Shown here in pieces: positions 27,499 through 36,933 of a stretch of 64,000 nucleotides of DNA. The stretch lies in the NCBI GenBank assembly GCA_036339735.1, contig JAYZAL010000006.1, positions 33,525-97,524 of the forward strand, read 5' to 3'. Within the stretch, counting starts at the first letter, position 1. Each line of letters begins with the position of its first letter. Both the position numbers and the translations under genes were made by a program. The notes beneath the pieces were generated by a model, which saw only the letters and a list, made by a program, of their open reading frames with translations, was not told the origin of the DNA and did no database searches. This DNA comes from Candidatus Poribacteria bacterium (GTDB lineage Bacteria > Poribacteria > WGA-4E > UBA9662).

Positions 27499-28902
27499 AT
27501 GTTCTATCCGGCCCATCTAAACCTTGACCAGCAGCCTTGCCTAGTTATAGGTTCTGGCCCTTACGCAGAGAGACGTGTCATTTCTCTTTACCGTTGTGGA
27601 GCGACCGTCACTTGGGTCGGACCCGAAAGTACACCTATACTTGATATGCTAACTCAAAGCAATCAGATTAGAGGTCATAATCGGCAAGTTGTTTTGGAAG
27701 ATTTGGCAGAATCATACCTGTTAGTCTTCATAGAAACTGGGAATAAATTGATGAATTCAGAATTATTCCATAGATCTGGTCATATACCACTCATTAATGT
27801 CCATGATGTCGTAGAAGAATCGACTTTTGCATCTACTTCATTAGTTACTACCGATGAACTGACCGTCAGCGTTTCAACCGGGGGATACAGCCCAGCTCTC
27901 TGTCGCTACATTCGTCAATATATTGAACTGATAACTGGCAAGGATACAATAAATCACCCCAGAGGAGCTGATATCAACAGCCGCTTCACTTGGATGCAAG
28001 TAGGCAATGGTAAGTTTCCACTCTATCCAGTTGGGCTCATATTAGAGGGAAGAACATGTTTAATTAGCCAAAAAATTGACAAAAGACGCGACTACCAGAA
28101 ACGTTTTGATTTACTGAAAAAATGTGGAGCTATAATCACTAATCAGCCAACAAAAAACACTTTTCTCGCTTTTACACATCAATCATATACGGCGTACTCT
28201 AAATTGTCCGAGGTTCTAGATCAATCCGATAGAAGTCGGTTTGTTACACCAAAACTAATCATGAACGGAGATCTAATCATTGGGATCTCACCTGGCAGTC
28301 ACATCTCAGAAAATCCCGATCGCATACAAAAAATCTATGATCATCTCCGAGAACAATTCACCAAAAATTCTTATGGAAAGCTCTTAGGACTACTCGGCTC
28401 TCTGCGTCCCACTGTCAGTAAAAACCTTCCACTAGCTGAGCAACGACAACAGTTCTATAGCTCTTTAATTCTGCGTTCTTCATGGGAAAAAAATCCGACT
28501 CAAGACAATCCTAAACTTATAAGAGACCAAATCACTTTAGACCAAGATTGTTGCCTTGCTTTTGGTAACCCAGACTGTCAAATAGACTGTCTGCTTAACG
28601 CTATCCGATTGCAACACTATGATTCAGCTCAACTCAAAAAAGAGATTAGTAATCAAGTGAGTATAAGTAACATCAAAAATCTTGACCATCACATGTTAAT
28701 AAATACCAATCTTACTCACTTGAGTTGTCAACCCGACTGCTTAACTGATAACTTTGCGCTTCAGGAATCTAGTTTGACTGAATCTCAAACAAATGCTGTC
28801 GCACAGCAAAAATACTGCGCATCAGATCTTGACCATCATATGTTGATCAATTCGAACTCTACAAGACTACTGTATGATGAAGAAACATCTAGTACAATAT
28901 AA
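27499..28902 (+). CDS. Precorrin-2 dehydrogenase/sirohydrochlorin ferrochelatase-like (SirC/CysG-N), atypical and internally duplicated
   Basis: 'FYPAHLNL...CLVIGSG' and 'VSVSTGGYSPAL'; second degenerate copy starts 'LYPVGLILEGRTCLI'; lies upstream of hemA. Confidence 0.7.
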   Translation: MFYPAHLNLDQQPCLVIGSGPYAERRVISLYRCGATVTWVGPESTPILDMLTQSNQIRGHNRQVVLEDLAESYLLVFIETGNKLMNSELFHRSGHIPLINVHDVVEESTFASTSLVTTDELTVSVSTGGYSPALCRYIRQYIELITGKDTINHPRGADINSRFTWMQVGNGKFPLYPVGLILEGRTCLISQKIDKRRDYQKRFDLLKKCGAIITNQPTKNTFLAFTHQSYTAYSKLSEVLDQSDRSRFVTPKLIMNGDLIIGISPGSHISENPDRIQKIYDHLREQFTKNSYGKLLGLLGSLRPTVSKNLPLAEQRQQFYSSLILRSSWEKNPTQDNPKLIRDQITLDQDCCLAFGNPDCQIDCLLNAIRLQHYDSAQLKKEISNQVSISNIKNLDHHMLINTNLTHLSCQPDCLTDNFALQESSLTESQTNAVAQQKYCASDLDHHMLINSNSTRLLYDEETSSTI

Positions 28903-29062
28903 TCGTGAATAAACTTAAAATCCATTTAAAAAATTTTCTTTTGTTTGATTGTAAAAAACTATCTTCGGCTCGTTAGGACGTGCCGAAAATCGAATCGAAA
29001 TAGGCCAGAACAACATCTGAACCGTGCATAACACAATACAAGAAAGATTGACGTAAATCCCT

Positions 29063-30466
29063 ATGAATAAAATTGCTGTTATTGGTAGTAATCACTTGGT
29101 AGCACCGCTGTCTTTTCGGGAACAACTAGCATTCCGGGAGCAGCTAACCCAAGCCAATCAAATTACAATTGATAAAAATGTACCTATATCCTCTGGAATT
29201 GGTAAGGCTATTGAAGCAGACTTGAAAAGGCTTGGTATCAAGGGAAAAACTTATGATCAACTTCAATCCATGACATCAAAGTACCAAATACACGGTACTG
29301 TAACTTTATCTACTTGTAACAGAGTTGAAATTTATGCTTCTTTACCTTCTGACCAGTCGGCTGGTCAACTGTCAGATTTTTTGGAAGATGTATTTCAACT
29401 AAATCAATCCGATATTAACAAATATACTTATCTATACGAAGGTCTGCCTGCAATCCTACACTTATTTAGGGTGAGTGCAAGCTTGGATTCGATGATTTTA
29501 GGTGAGCCGCAGATACTAGGACAAATCAAATCTGCCTATGAAAAATCCCTGACAAGCAATACTACTGACCTATTACTAAATCGTTTGTTTGCCAAAGCTA
29601 TCAGCTTTGGCAAACAAGTTCGTACCGAGACAAACGTAGCTTCTGGAGTTTTATCTATCAGTTATGCAGCAGTCGAGTTAGCGAAACAAAAATTAGGTAG
29701 TTTGGCCAATAAAACAGTTGTAATCATAGGTGCAGGAAAAATGAGCGAATTAACGGTGAAGCACTTGGTAGAAAATGGTGTATCCCGTGTGATTGTGGTC
29801 AATCGAAGTTGTGAGAGAGCTGAACGAGTAGCCGAAATGTTCAATGGAACGGCCATGGTTTATCAGCCTGATCTCAAATTTTTAACGCAGGCCGATATCG
29901 TGATTAGTTCAACTACAGCGCCTCACTACGTTGTACAACCTTGTGCGCTAGAACGAGTTATGGAAAGGCGACAAAATCAACCTATGCTTTTGATTGATAT
30001 CGCAGTCCCTCGTGATATTGACCCAGAAAGTGAGAAAATAGAACAAGTACACCTGTACAATATTGACGCCCTACAAGAAGTGGTTACTACTAATCGAGAA
30101 GATCGGCAGAAAGAAGCTAAATTAGCTGAGAATATTGCATCCGAAGAAGCCGTCAAATTCCACAAATATTTAAAGACACTGGGTGTAACACCAACCATTA
30201 AGTTGCTTAATCAAAAATTTCAGCAAATTGCTGATCAGGAACTCGAACGAAGCATCAAGAAAGCGTTACTGGATACTGAACAGGAAGCGGTTGTAACAAC
30301 AATGCTCAAATCATTGATTAAAAAGCTGCTAGATTCACCAACTAGACATCTTCGCCAAACAGCTATGTCCAATGATTCTATACAGCAAGTTGATCTTTTA
30401 CGCGAGCTTTTTCGATTGGATGATAACCCCGATTCAAACTTAAATACGACCATTAGAGAAGAATGA
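29063..30466 (+). CDS. hemA: Glutamyl-tRNA reductase
   Basis: STCNRVE, SLDSMILGEPQILGQ, IIGAGKM and DIAVPRDID motifs. Confidence 0.95.
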   Translation: MNKIAVIGSNHLVAPLSFREQLAFREQLTQANQITIDKNVPISSGIGKAIEADLKRLGIKGKTYDQLQSMTSKYQIHGTVTLSTCNRVEIYASLPSDQSAGQLSDFLEDVFQLNQSDINKYTYLYEGLPAILHLFRVSASLDSMILGEPQILGQIKSAYEKSLTSNTTDLLLNRLFAKAISFGKQVRTETNVASGVLSISYAAVELAKQKLGSLANKTVVIIGAGKMSELTVKHLVENGVSRVIVVNRSCERAERVAEMFNGTAMVYQPDLKFLTQADIVISSTTAPHYVVQPCALERVMERRQNQPMLLIDIAVPRDIDPESEKIEQVHLYNIDALQEVVTTNREDRQKEAKLAENIASEEAVKFHKYLKTLGVTPTIKLLNQKFQQIADQELERSIKKALLDTEQEAVVTTMLKSLIKKLLDSPTRHLRQTAMSNDSIQQVDLLRELFRLDDNPDSNLNTTIREE

Positions 30467-30477
30467 AATAATTTCTC

Positions 30478-31416
30478 ATGATTGTAATTGGGACTCGAGG
30501 AAGTCAGTTGGCACTGTGGCAAGCCGAATACGTTCGTACTTGCCTTCAGCACCATCATTTGGATTTAGATTTCCAGATTAAAGTTATTAAAACAACTGGT
30601 GACAAACTTCAAAAAAATAGAGTGGATGACGGAGTTAGTAAGGGCGCCTTTACTAAAGAAATCGACCAAGCACAACTTGATGGAACGGTAGATCTAGCTG
30701 TTCACAGCCTAAAAGATCTCCCAGTAGACTTGCCGATGGGCATTTCCTTAGGTGCTATTCCTACTCGAAATGATCCTAGAGATATGCTGGTTAGTAAGAT
30801 TGGTACTCGCCTGTCTCATCTACCACCTAATGCAAAAGTTGGGACACATAGCCTTCGCCGTCAAACCCAACTAAGACACCAGCGGCCAGATTTGGAAATT
30901 GTTGGCATTCGCGGTAATATTGACACTCGAGTTCAGAAACTGCGTGATACCGATTTAACTGCTATTATCTTGGCCACAGCAGGGCTCAACCGGTTGTACA
31001 GTTCATCTCATAACCAACAACCACCCAGTTTGCCTGATTTGCAGTTAAATCCTATTCCCACGGAACTAATGGTACCCGCAGCCGGGCAAGGTGCACTAGC
31101 AGTTACAGTTCGGACAGATGATAGAGATATGGTTGATTTGATAAAAAATATTAATCACACACAAAGCCAAGTAGAAATTACAGCTGAACGGTCTGCACTG
31201 CATACACTAATAGAGGTCAGTGGTCTCGAGGCTGGTTGCCAAATTCCGGTTGGAATCTATGCCCAGCACTTTGACGATAGGTTGAAAATAAAAGGAATAC
31301 TATTTTCTGATCAAGGCATAAAACGGACTGAAATAGAAGGATCAATTAGAAAACCAACAGACCTTGGCCAAAAAATCGGTCTCCAACTTTCAGGCATTAG
31401 TTCAGCAGATGATTGA
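30478..31416 (+). CDS. hemC: Hydroxymethylbilane synthase
   Basis: IGTRGSQLALWQ, AVHSLKDLP and GCQIP motifs. Confidence 0.95.
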   Translation: MIVIGTRGSQLALWQAEYVRTCLQHHHLDLDFQIKVIKTTGDKLQKNRVDDGVSKGAFTKEIDQAQLDGTVDLAVHSLKDLPVDLPMGISLGAIPTRNDPRDMLVSKIGTRLSHLPPNAKVGTHSLRRQTQLRHQRPDLEIVGIRGNIDTRVQKLRDTDLTAIILATAGLNRLYSSSHNQQPPSLPDLQLNPIPTELMVPAAGQGALAVTVRTDDRDMVDLIKNINHTQSQVEITAERSALHTLIEVSGLEAGCQIPVGIYAQHFDDRLKIKGILFSDQGIKRTEIEGSIRKPTDLGQKIGLQLSGISSADD

Positions 31417-32962
31417 TAATTCGGATCAACAAACACCTAGAGGAAAAGTATATCTGGTTGGTGCCGGTCCAGGGGACAGGAAGTTAATCACCATAAGAGG
31501 TCAAGAATGTTTGGAGAAAGCTGATGTAGTAGTCTATGATCGTCTAATAAACCCCCAGCTTTTATCCTTTTGTCTTCCCGAAAGTGAGAGGATTTATGTT
31601 GGTAAGCAAGTTGGATCTAAACGAAACCAGCAAAATGAAATCAACCAAATCTTAGTCAAAAAAGCTAAAATGGGTAAGAGCGTAGTCAGACTGAAAGGAG
31701 GAGACCCACTAGTCTTTGGCCGAGGCGGAGAAGAAGTTTTTGCTTTGTCTCAAGCCAATATAGAATTTGAAATCGTACCTGGAATAACCTCGGGCTTAGC
31801 CGTTCCTGCCTACGCGGGAATTCCTATTACTGACCGAAATTTAGCTTCTTCTGTTTTGTTTGTAGCAGGACATAAAGCTGATGAATCAGATATAGACTGG
31901 AAAGTATTAGCTAACAGTATTGATACGATAGTTATTTTTATGGGAGCTAAGGAAATACCAAATATTACTAGCAGTTTACTAAAACACGGTCGATCGCCTA
32001 CTACACCGGTAGCTGTGATACGGCTGGGAACTACAGCTCAACAGGAAACAATAGTTGGCAGCTTGAATGATATTCAACAGAAATCAGATCACCTGCAACC
32101 ACCGGTCATAATCGTTGTTGGAAAAGTTGTAGACCTTCGTCAATATGGCAAATGGTTTGAACAAAAACCTCTCTTTAGTCGAACGATCTTGATTACTCGG
32201 CCCGTAGAACAAAGCAAAGAAATTGTCAATTTATTAGAAGAGGGTGGGGCTGAAGTAGTAACCTACCCAATGGTCGAAATTACACCAATTGACCCAAACG
32301 ACGGGTTAAGACTAGCAATTCAAGATATCTCTCGCTACAATTGGATAGTGTTTACGAGTCCTAACGCGGTACAAGTTTTTTACAGAAAGCTGATGCAACT
32401 TGGCCTAGATAGTCGAGCACTAGCGAAAAATAAAATTTGTGCGGTTGGTTCAAAAACTTTACAAGTGTTAGAATCAATTGGCATAAGAGCCGATTTTTTT
32501 CCTTCGGAGCCAAGTGGAGAGGGAATCGGAAAAGAGCTCCCGATTCAAACAGAACAGCGAGTACTACTGCCTCGTTCAGATATAGGTCAGAAAAAAATTG
32601 TGAAGCTACTACAAGATAGGGGGGGAATAGTTAATGACCTTCCAATTTACTGTACAGCTTCTCCTCATCAATTTGGCAGCGTAGAACAAATCCGATCTGT
32701 ACAAAAAAGGCTAATCGAGGCAGCATTTGACATGATTGTTTTTACAAGTCCTTCTGCTATACAAAACTTTTTGATCCAACCGCAGCACGTCGAGGGTTTT
32801 ACTCCTCAAAAGATATTAAATAGGGTCGAGATAGCTGTAATAGGTCAGACGACCAAATCATTTGCCAATGAACATGGAATTCCAGTCAGTGTAGTACCAA
32901 AAAAGCCTTCAATGGCCCACTTAGCGCAAGATATAATCAGGTTTTTCCAAAACCAGAAATAG
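31409..32962 (+). CDS. cobA: Uroporphyrinogen-III C-methyltransferase/uroporphyrinogen-III synthase fusion (CobA-HemD)
   Basis: VGAGPGD and RLKGGDPLVFGRGGEE, then HemD 'ILITRP' and 'FTSPNAV'. ATG 31409 overlaps the hemC stop. Confidence 0.92.
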   Translation: MIDNSDQQTPRGKVYLVGAGPGDRKLITIRGQECLEKADVVVYDRLINPQLLSFCLPESERIYVGKQVGSKRNQQNEINQILVKKAKMGKSVVRLKGGDPLVFGRGGEEVFALSQANIEFEIVPGITSGLAVPAYAGIPITDRNLASSVLFVAGHKADESDIDWKVLANSIDTIVIFMGAKEIPNITSSLLKHGRSPTTPVAVIRLGTTAQQETIVGSLNDIQQKSDHLQPPVIIVVGKVVDLRQYGKWFEQKPLFSRTILITRPVEQSKEIVNLLEEGGAEVVTYPMVEITPIDPNDGLRLAIQDISRYNWIVFTSPNAVQVFYRKLMQLGLDSRALAKNKICAVGSKTLQVLESIGIRADFFPSEPSGEGIGKELPIQTEQRVLLPRSDIGQKKIVKLLQDRGGIVNDLPIYCTASPHQFGSVEQIRSVQKRLIEAAFDMIVFTSPSAIQNFLIQPQHVEGFTPQKILNRVEIAVIGQTTKSFANEHGIPVSVVPKKPSMAHLAQDIIRFFQNQK

Positions 32963-33191
32963 ACCGAGTCAGTTTCACCAAAATGAAAACTGACGATTGT
33001 CTCCATATAGGAAATGAACCCAGTTTATTTCTTAGACAGATCAAAAACAAAACAACCGAGTCCACGGTGGGTAGTTTGACGACCAGTTATTTTTCTTAGT
33101 AAAATATTGCTCCTCTAATGCCAAACCTCTGAACTGGTAACTGTGATAAGCTATACTATTCAAGCGGCTAAATTTTTGCAAATCAAATCAT

Positions 33192-33683
33192 ATGGAAAAC
33201 AGAGTACAGAATTATCATAGACCATCCGCACGGGCGAAAATACTCTTGGCTAGTCTGATTCTGACTAGTACTATGATCTACTGGATTGTTACCGGAGTCA
33301 AGAATACGAGTGTGCACCACTTTACGCCTGATCAGTTGTTTTTAAATGCTGAAAACGTCGACCGTAAAGGTGTACAGGTTGATGGCCTAATCTCTGAAGG
33401 TAGTTCGCACTGGCAGGCAACAGAGCTTAAGTTAACTTTCGCCGTAAGGGACGCTGAAAATAAAGCCAAGATTAATGTTATTTCGACAGGACTTGTGCGT
33501 CCCGACAATTTTCATGATGGAGGTAACGTATTTGTTCAGGGCATCTACCATGCCGATCAAAACCTGATTCGAGCGACAAAAGTCCAAACAAAATGCGCCT
33601 CCAAATACGATGCAGCAGATGCTAGTAAAGGTAAAGGACCAAGCTCAAATGATAAATCTATTGATACTAGAGAAGGAATCTAG
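33192..33683 (+). CDS. ccmE: Cytochrome c maturation heme chaperone CcmE, CxxxY variant
   Basis: N-terminal TM anchor; 'PDNF' and 'TKCASKY' motifs; upstream of ccmF. Confidence 0.85.
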   Translation: MENRVQNYHRPSARAKILLASLILTSTMIYWIVTGVKNTSVHHFTPDQLFLNAENVDRKGVQVDGLISEGSSHWQATELKLTFAVRDAENKAKINVISTGLVRPDNFHDGGNVFVQGIYHADQNLIRATKVQTKCASKYDAADASKGKGPSSNDKSIDTREGI

Positions 33684-33697
33684 GTACCTCTAAGCAA

Positions 33698-35758
33698 ATG
33701 ATAGCCGAAATTGGACAAGCTACTATTTGGTTGGCATTATTTAGCTGCAGCTGGACAATGATAGCAATTTTCTTAGGGATGCGGCACAAACACCTAGGTG
33801 CTGTTCAAAGTGGCCGGAATGCAGTAATCGTCACTTTTTGCTTAATCACTGCGGCAACATTCGCATTGATCTATAGTTTTCTGACTGACGATTTTTCCTT
33901 GTTTTATGTATATGAAGGATCAAGTTTGAAGCAGCCAGTATTCTACAAAATCACAGCTCTTTGGGGCAAAATGTCAGGTTCGCTACTATTTTGGTTGTGG
34001 CTACTGACGTTGTTTTCAGCCGTTGTTGTTTGGCAGAATCGTCAGAAGCCATCTTCAGAGAAGAACACACCATTAGCTGATTATGCCCTGATCACGTTGG
34101 CTTTCGTTTCTTTATTCTTCGTGGTTTTAGTCACTGGTCTGATCGAAGGCGTGCGTAATCCTCTGGCCCGTTTCCCTCAAGATATTGTTCGCCCTGATGG
34201 GTTGGGGATGAATCCGCTATTACAAACCCCCAGTATGGCAATTCATCCACCGTTGCTATACATTGGATTTATTAGTCTAACTGTTCCATTCGCCTTTGCT
34301 ATGGGCGCATTAATTTCGGGTAATGTTAGCAATCTGTGGTTACATCTCTCTCGTAGATGGACCCTTTTTTCCTGGATTACTTTAACGGTTGGCATCGCAC
34401 TCGGTGGAAATTGGGCATACCAAGAATTAGGATGGGGTGGGTACTGGGCTTGGGACCCAGTCGAGAATGCTTCATTTATGCCTTGGTTACTATGCAGTGC
34501 TTATCTGCATTCAGCTATGATCCAAGAAAAACGGAACATGTTAAAAATCTGGAATATACTCTTAGTTTCCTTATCCTTCGGCTTCACTATTCTGGGTACT
34601 TTTATCACTCGAAGTGGTATTATCTCATCCGTCCACGCTTTTGCTCAGTCACAAGTAGGCGGGTTTTTCGCGTTTTTTTTGGTGGTCTTGTTGGTGAGTA
34701 CAACGCTTTTGATACTTATTCGCAGGAATAAACTTAAAAGCCCCAACCAAATTGGATCGTTGCTCTCTAGAGAAAGTGCGTTTGTACTTAATAACTGGAT
34801 TTTGGTTGCTTTAACGGCCATGATACTATTTGGCACGTTATGGCCCATCATCTCCGAAGCCGTTACCCAGCAAAAAATGGCCGTACCAGAAGCTTATTTC
34901 AACCAAATTGTCATTATTCCAGGCCTGATTCTATTGTTACTAACTGGTATTGGTCCCATAATTTCCTGGAAAACTTTGACTTTAAGCAACTTTAACAGAG
35001 TCTTTGCCAAACCGACAGCCATATCTATTGTTTTTGGTTTCTTAGCTTTAGCATTTTTTTTCGTGAATCGCGAGGTTGAAACTAGTACAAGCACCATTGT
35101 TTTATCCGCTCTCTGTGTGTTAGGATCAGCATTCGTAATCACCGCTATTGTAGAGGAGTTTTATCGTGGTGGTAAACTGAGAGCAAAACGAAATCGAGTA
35201 AATCTTCTTAGTGGTATGCTTCGGCTGCTTTGGAAAAACAGAAGACGCTATGGTGGTTATATCGTACATATCGGTATAGTAATCCTATATATCGGTATCA
35301 TGGGGTCCAAAGGATATGATCGGTTAGCCACCGAGAGCCTAACGCAAGGGCAATCCATCAAGGTTCGTAATTATGAATTTCTATCCGGTAATGGTTTTCA
35401 GGAAAAACACGAGAACTTTGATTTGAGTGGAATCAATTTTGAAATCAAAAAAAATGGCCAGACCATTACCACAATGCAGCCGGCCCGTGCTTTCTATCAC
35501 ACGGCTGGACAAGGTGATCAAGATACTATTGAATCCGCTATCCATCACATTGGATTAAATAATCTCTACATTGCTCTCGGTCCACTCCCCAGTACCTTTC
35601 CTAACTACGACGAGGAACCAATCACAGTTGAGGTATACCATAACCCACTCATTAATTTAGTCTGGGTTGGGATTGCTGTTATGTTCATCGGTGGTTGGAT
35701 TGCTATTCTAGAAAGTACAGTTCCCAAAACACGAATACCACAAACCTCTAATGCTTAA
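33698..35758 (+). CDS. ccmF: Heme lyase CcmF
   Basis: WAYQELGWGGYWAWDPVENASFMPW WWD domain; SVHAF motif. Confidence 0.95.
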   Translation: MIAEIGQATIWLALFSCSWTMIAIFLGMRHKHLGAVQSGRNAVIVTFCLITAATFALIYSFLTDDFSLFYVYEGSSLKQPVFYKITALWGKMSGSLLFWLWLLTLFSAVVVWQNRQKPSSEKNTPLADYALITLAFVSLFFVVLVTGLIEGVRNPLARFPQDIVRPDGLGMNPLLQTPSMAIHPPLLYIGFISLTVPFAFAMGALISGNVSNLWLHLSRRWTLFSWITLTVGIALGGNWAYQELGWGGYWAWDPVENASFMPWLLCSAYLHSAMIQEKRNMLKIWNILLVSLSFGFTILGTFITRSGIISSVHAFAQSQVGGFFAFFLVVLLVSTTLLILIRRNKLKSPNQIGSLLSRESAFVLNNWILVALTAMILFGTLWPIISEAVTQQKMAVPEAYFNQIVIIPGLILLLLTGIGPIISWKTLTLSNFNRVFAKPTAISIVFGFLALAFFFVNREVETSTSTIVLSALCVLGSAFVITAIVEEFYRGGKLRAKRNRVNLLSGMLRLLWKNRRRYGGYIVHIGIVILYIGIMGSKGYDRLATESLTQGQSIKVRNYEFLSGNGFQEKHENFDLSGINFEIKKNGQTITTMQPARAFYHTAGQGDQDTIESAIHHIGLNNLYIALGPLPSTFPNYDEEPITVEVYHNPLINLVWVGIAVMFIGGWIAILESTVPKTRIPQTSNA

Positions 35759-36248
35759 ACAACTATCCATCCGGACGGTTTGGTTTTATTACTTAACCGT
35801 CGTACTCACTTCAGGTGTGGTAATTACCCCTAAGATAGTAATTGGACAAAGTTCTAGTGACTTGAAACAATTATTAAGGAGTGTCTACTGCTATTGTGGC
35901 TGTTCAAGAGAGACAATTGAAGTATGTGTTTGTGGTGTAGCTCATGATATAAAAAGCGAATTTAAACAACTACTAAGTCAAGGACAAACAGTAGAAGAAA
36001 TTAAGGCTGGATATCTAGCAAAATACGGAACCCAATTCGATGCAATCATGAAAGCTGAGGGATTTAATTTAGTCGCATATATTGCACCTTTCTTCTTTCT
36101 ACTAATATTTGGTAGTGTAGCAGTCTTGGTAATTCAGAGGCAAAAATCAGAAATTACGGCGCCTCCTGAATCCGGTGAAAAGATACTTGATGATAACCAG
36201 TTAAAAAAAATGGAAGAGCAAGTTGAAGAATACCGACAAAAGCGATAG
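35751..36248 (+). CDS. ccmH: CcmH/NrfF-like cytochrome c biogenesis protein
   Basis: Signal/TM segment, CYCGC...CVC, 'KYG' and a C-terminal TM; overlaps ccmF. Confidence 0.7.
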   Translation: MLKQLSIRTVWFYYLTVVLTSGVVITPKIVIGQSSSDLKQLLRSVYCYCGCSRETIEVCVCGVAHDIKSEFKQLLSQGQTVEEIKAGYLAKYGTQFDAIMKAEGFNLVAYIAPFFFLLIFGSVAVLVIQRQKSEITAPPESGEKILDDNQLKKMEEQVEEYRQKR

Positions 36249-36266
36249 TCATTACCAGTTGTCGTA

Positions 36267-36296
36267 TTGACAATTTTTTCTGAAAAGTGCTAGACT
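36267..36296 (+). promoter_or_regulatory. Sigma70 promoter for the rhodanese gene
   Basis: TTGACA, 18 bp spacer, TAGACT with extended -10 TG. Confidence 0.65.
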
Positions 36297-36411
36297 TCAG
36301 GGCGGGCGGACATGTTAATTTAGCTTTGCGTAAAGCATAAACTATGACTGCCTGTGTAGTTTACTATATCAATTCTATATTATTCTAAACCTTGTTGATT
36401 GGAGATGTGAA

Positions 36412-36798
36412 ATGGGAAAAAGTGCAATGCAGCTTCTTGAAGAAGCAAAATCATCAATAAACGTCATTTCAGTCGAGGAAGCGACCAAGCTGATTGGTGA
36501 TGAAAGTGTTGTTTTCGTTGATGTTAGAGATACGGACTCTATTGAAACCGTCATCCCAGGAGCGGTTAATGTTCCAAGAGGAATGCTGGAATTTCATGCG
36601 GATCCCGAATTTGAAGCTTTTCATAAGCCAGAGCTAGATCCGAATAAGCACATAGTTTTTACATGTGGGGCTGGTGGTCAGGCTGCGCTGTCGGGAAAAA
36701 CCTTAAAAGAAATGGGTTTTGAGAATATATCTAGCATTGATGGCGGCATGGGAGCGTGGGAAGAAGCAAACGGCCCAACTGAAGAATTCAAAGGTTAG
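36412..36798 (+). CDS. Single-domain rhodanese/sulfurtransferase
   Basis: VDVR, IPGAVNVPRGMLEF, active-site C-GAGGQA and GGMGAW motifs. Confidence 0.9.
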   Translation: MGKSAMQLLEEAKSSINVISVEEATKLIGDESVVFVDVRDTDSIETVIPGAVNVPRGMLEFHADPEFEAFHKPELDPNKHIVFTCGAGGQAALSGKTLKEMGFENISSIDGGMGAWEEANGPTEEFKG

Positions 36799-36830
36799 TT
36801 ACTAATTACTATAGTAAAACGTAGTTTTTT

Positions 36831-36861
36831 AAGGGCGTTAGGTAAGAACCTAGCGCCCTTT
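36831..36861. terminator. Intrinsic terminator between convergent genes
   Basis: AAGGGCGTTAGGT-AAGA-ACCTAGCGCCCTT. Confidence 0.75.
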
Positions 36862-36933
36862 CCTATTCGGAGAAAAACTGAGTAAACAAAGATTTAACTT
36901 CAGCGCGATTTTTCTACCAAATACTCAGTAAAG

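Noticed and set aside
36296-36305. TTCAGGGCGG shared between the rhodanese and nuo leaders
   Set aside because: Only two copies of a 10-mer, at different offsets from the -10 box, which is compatible with chance.
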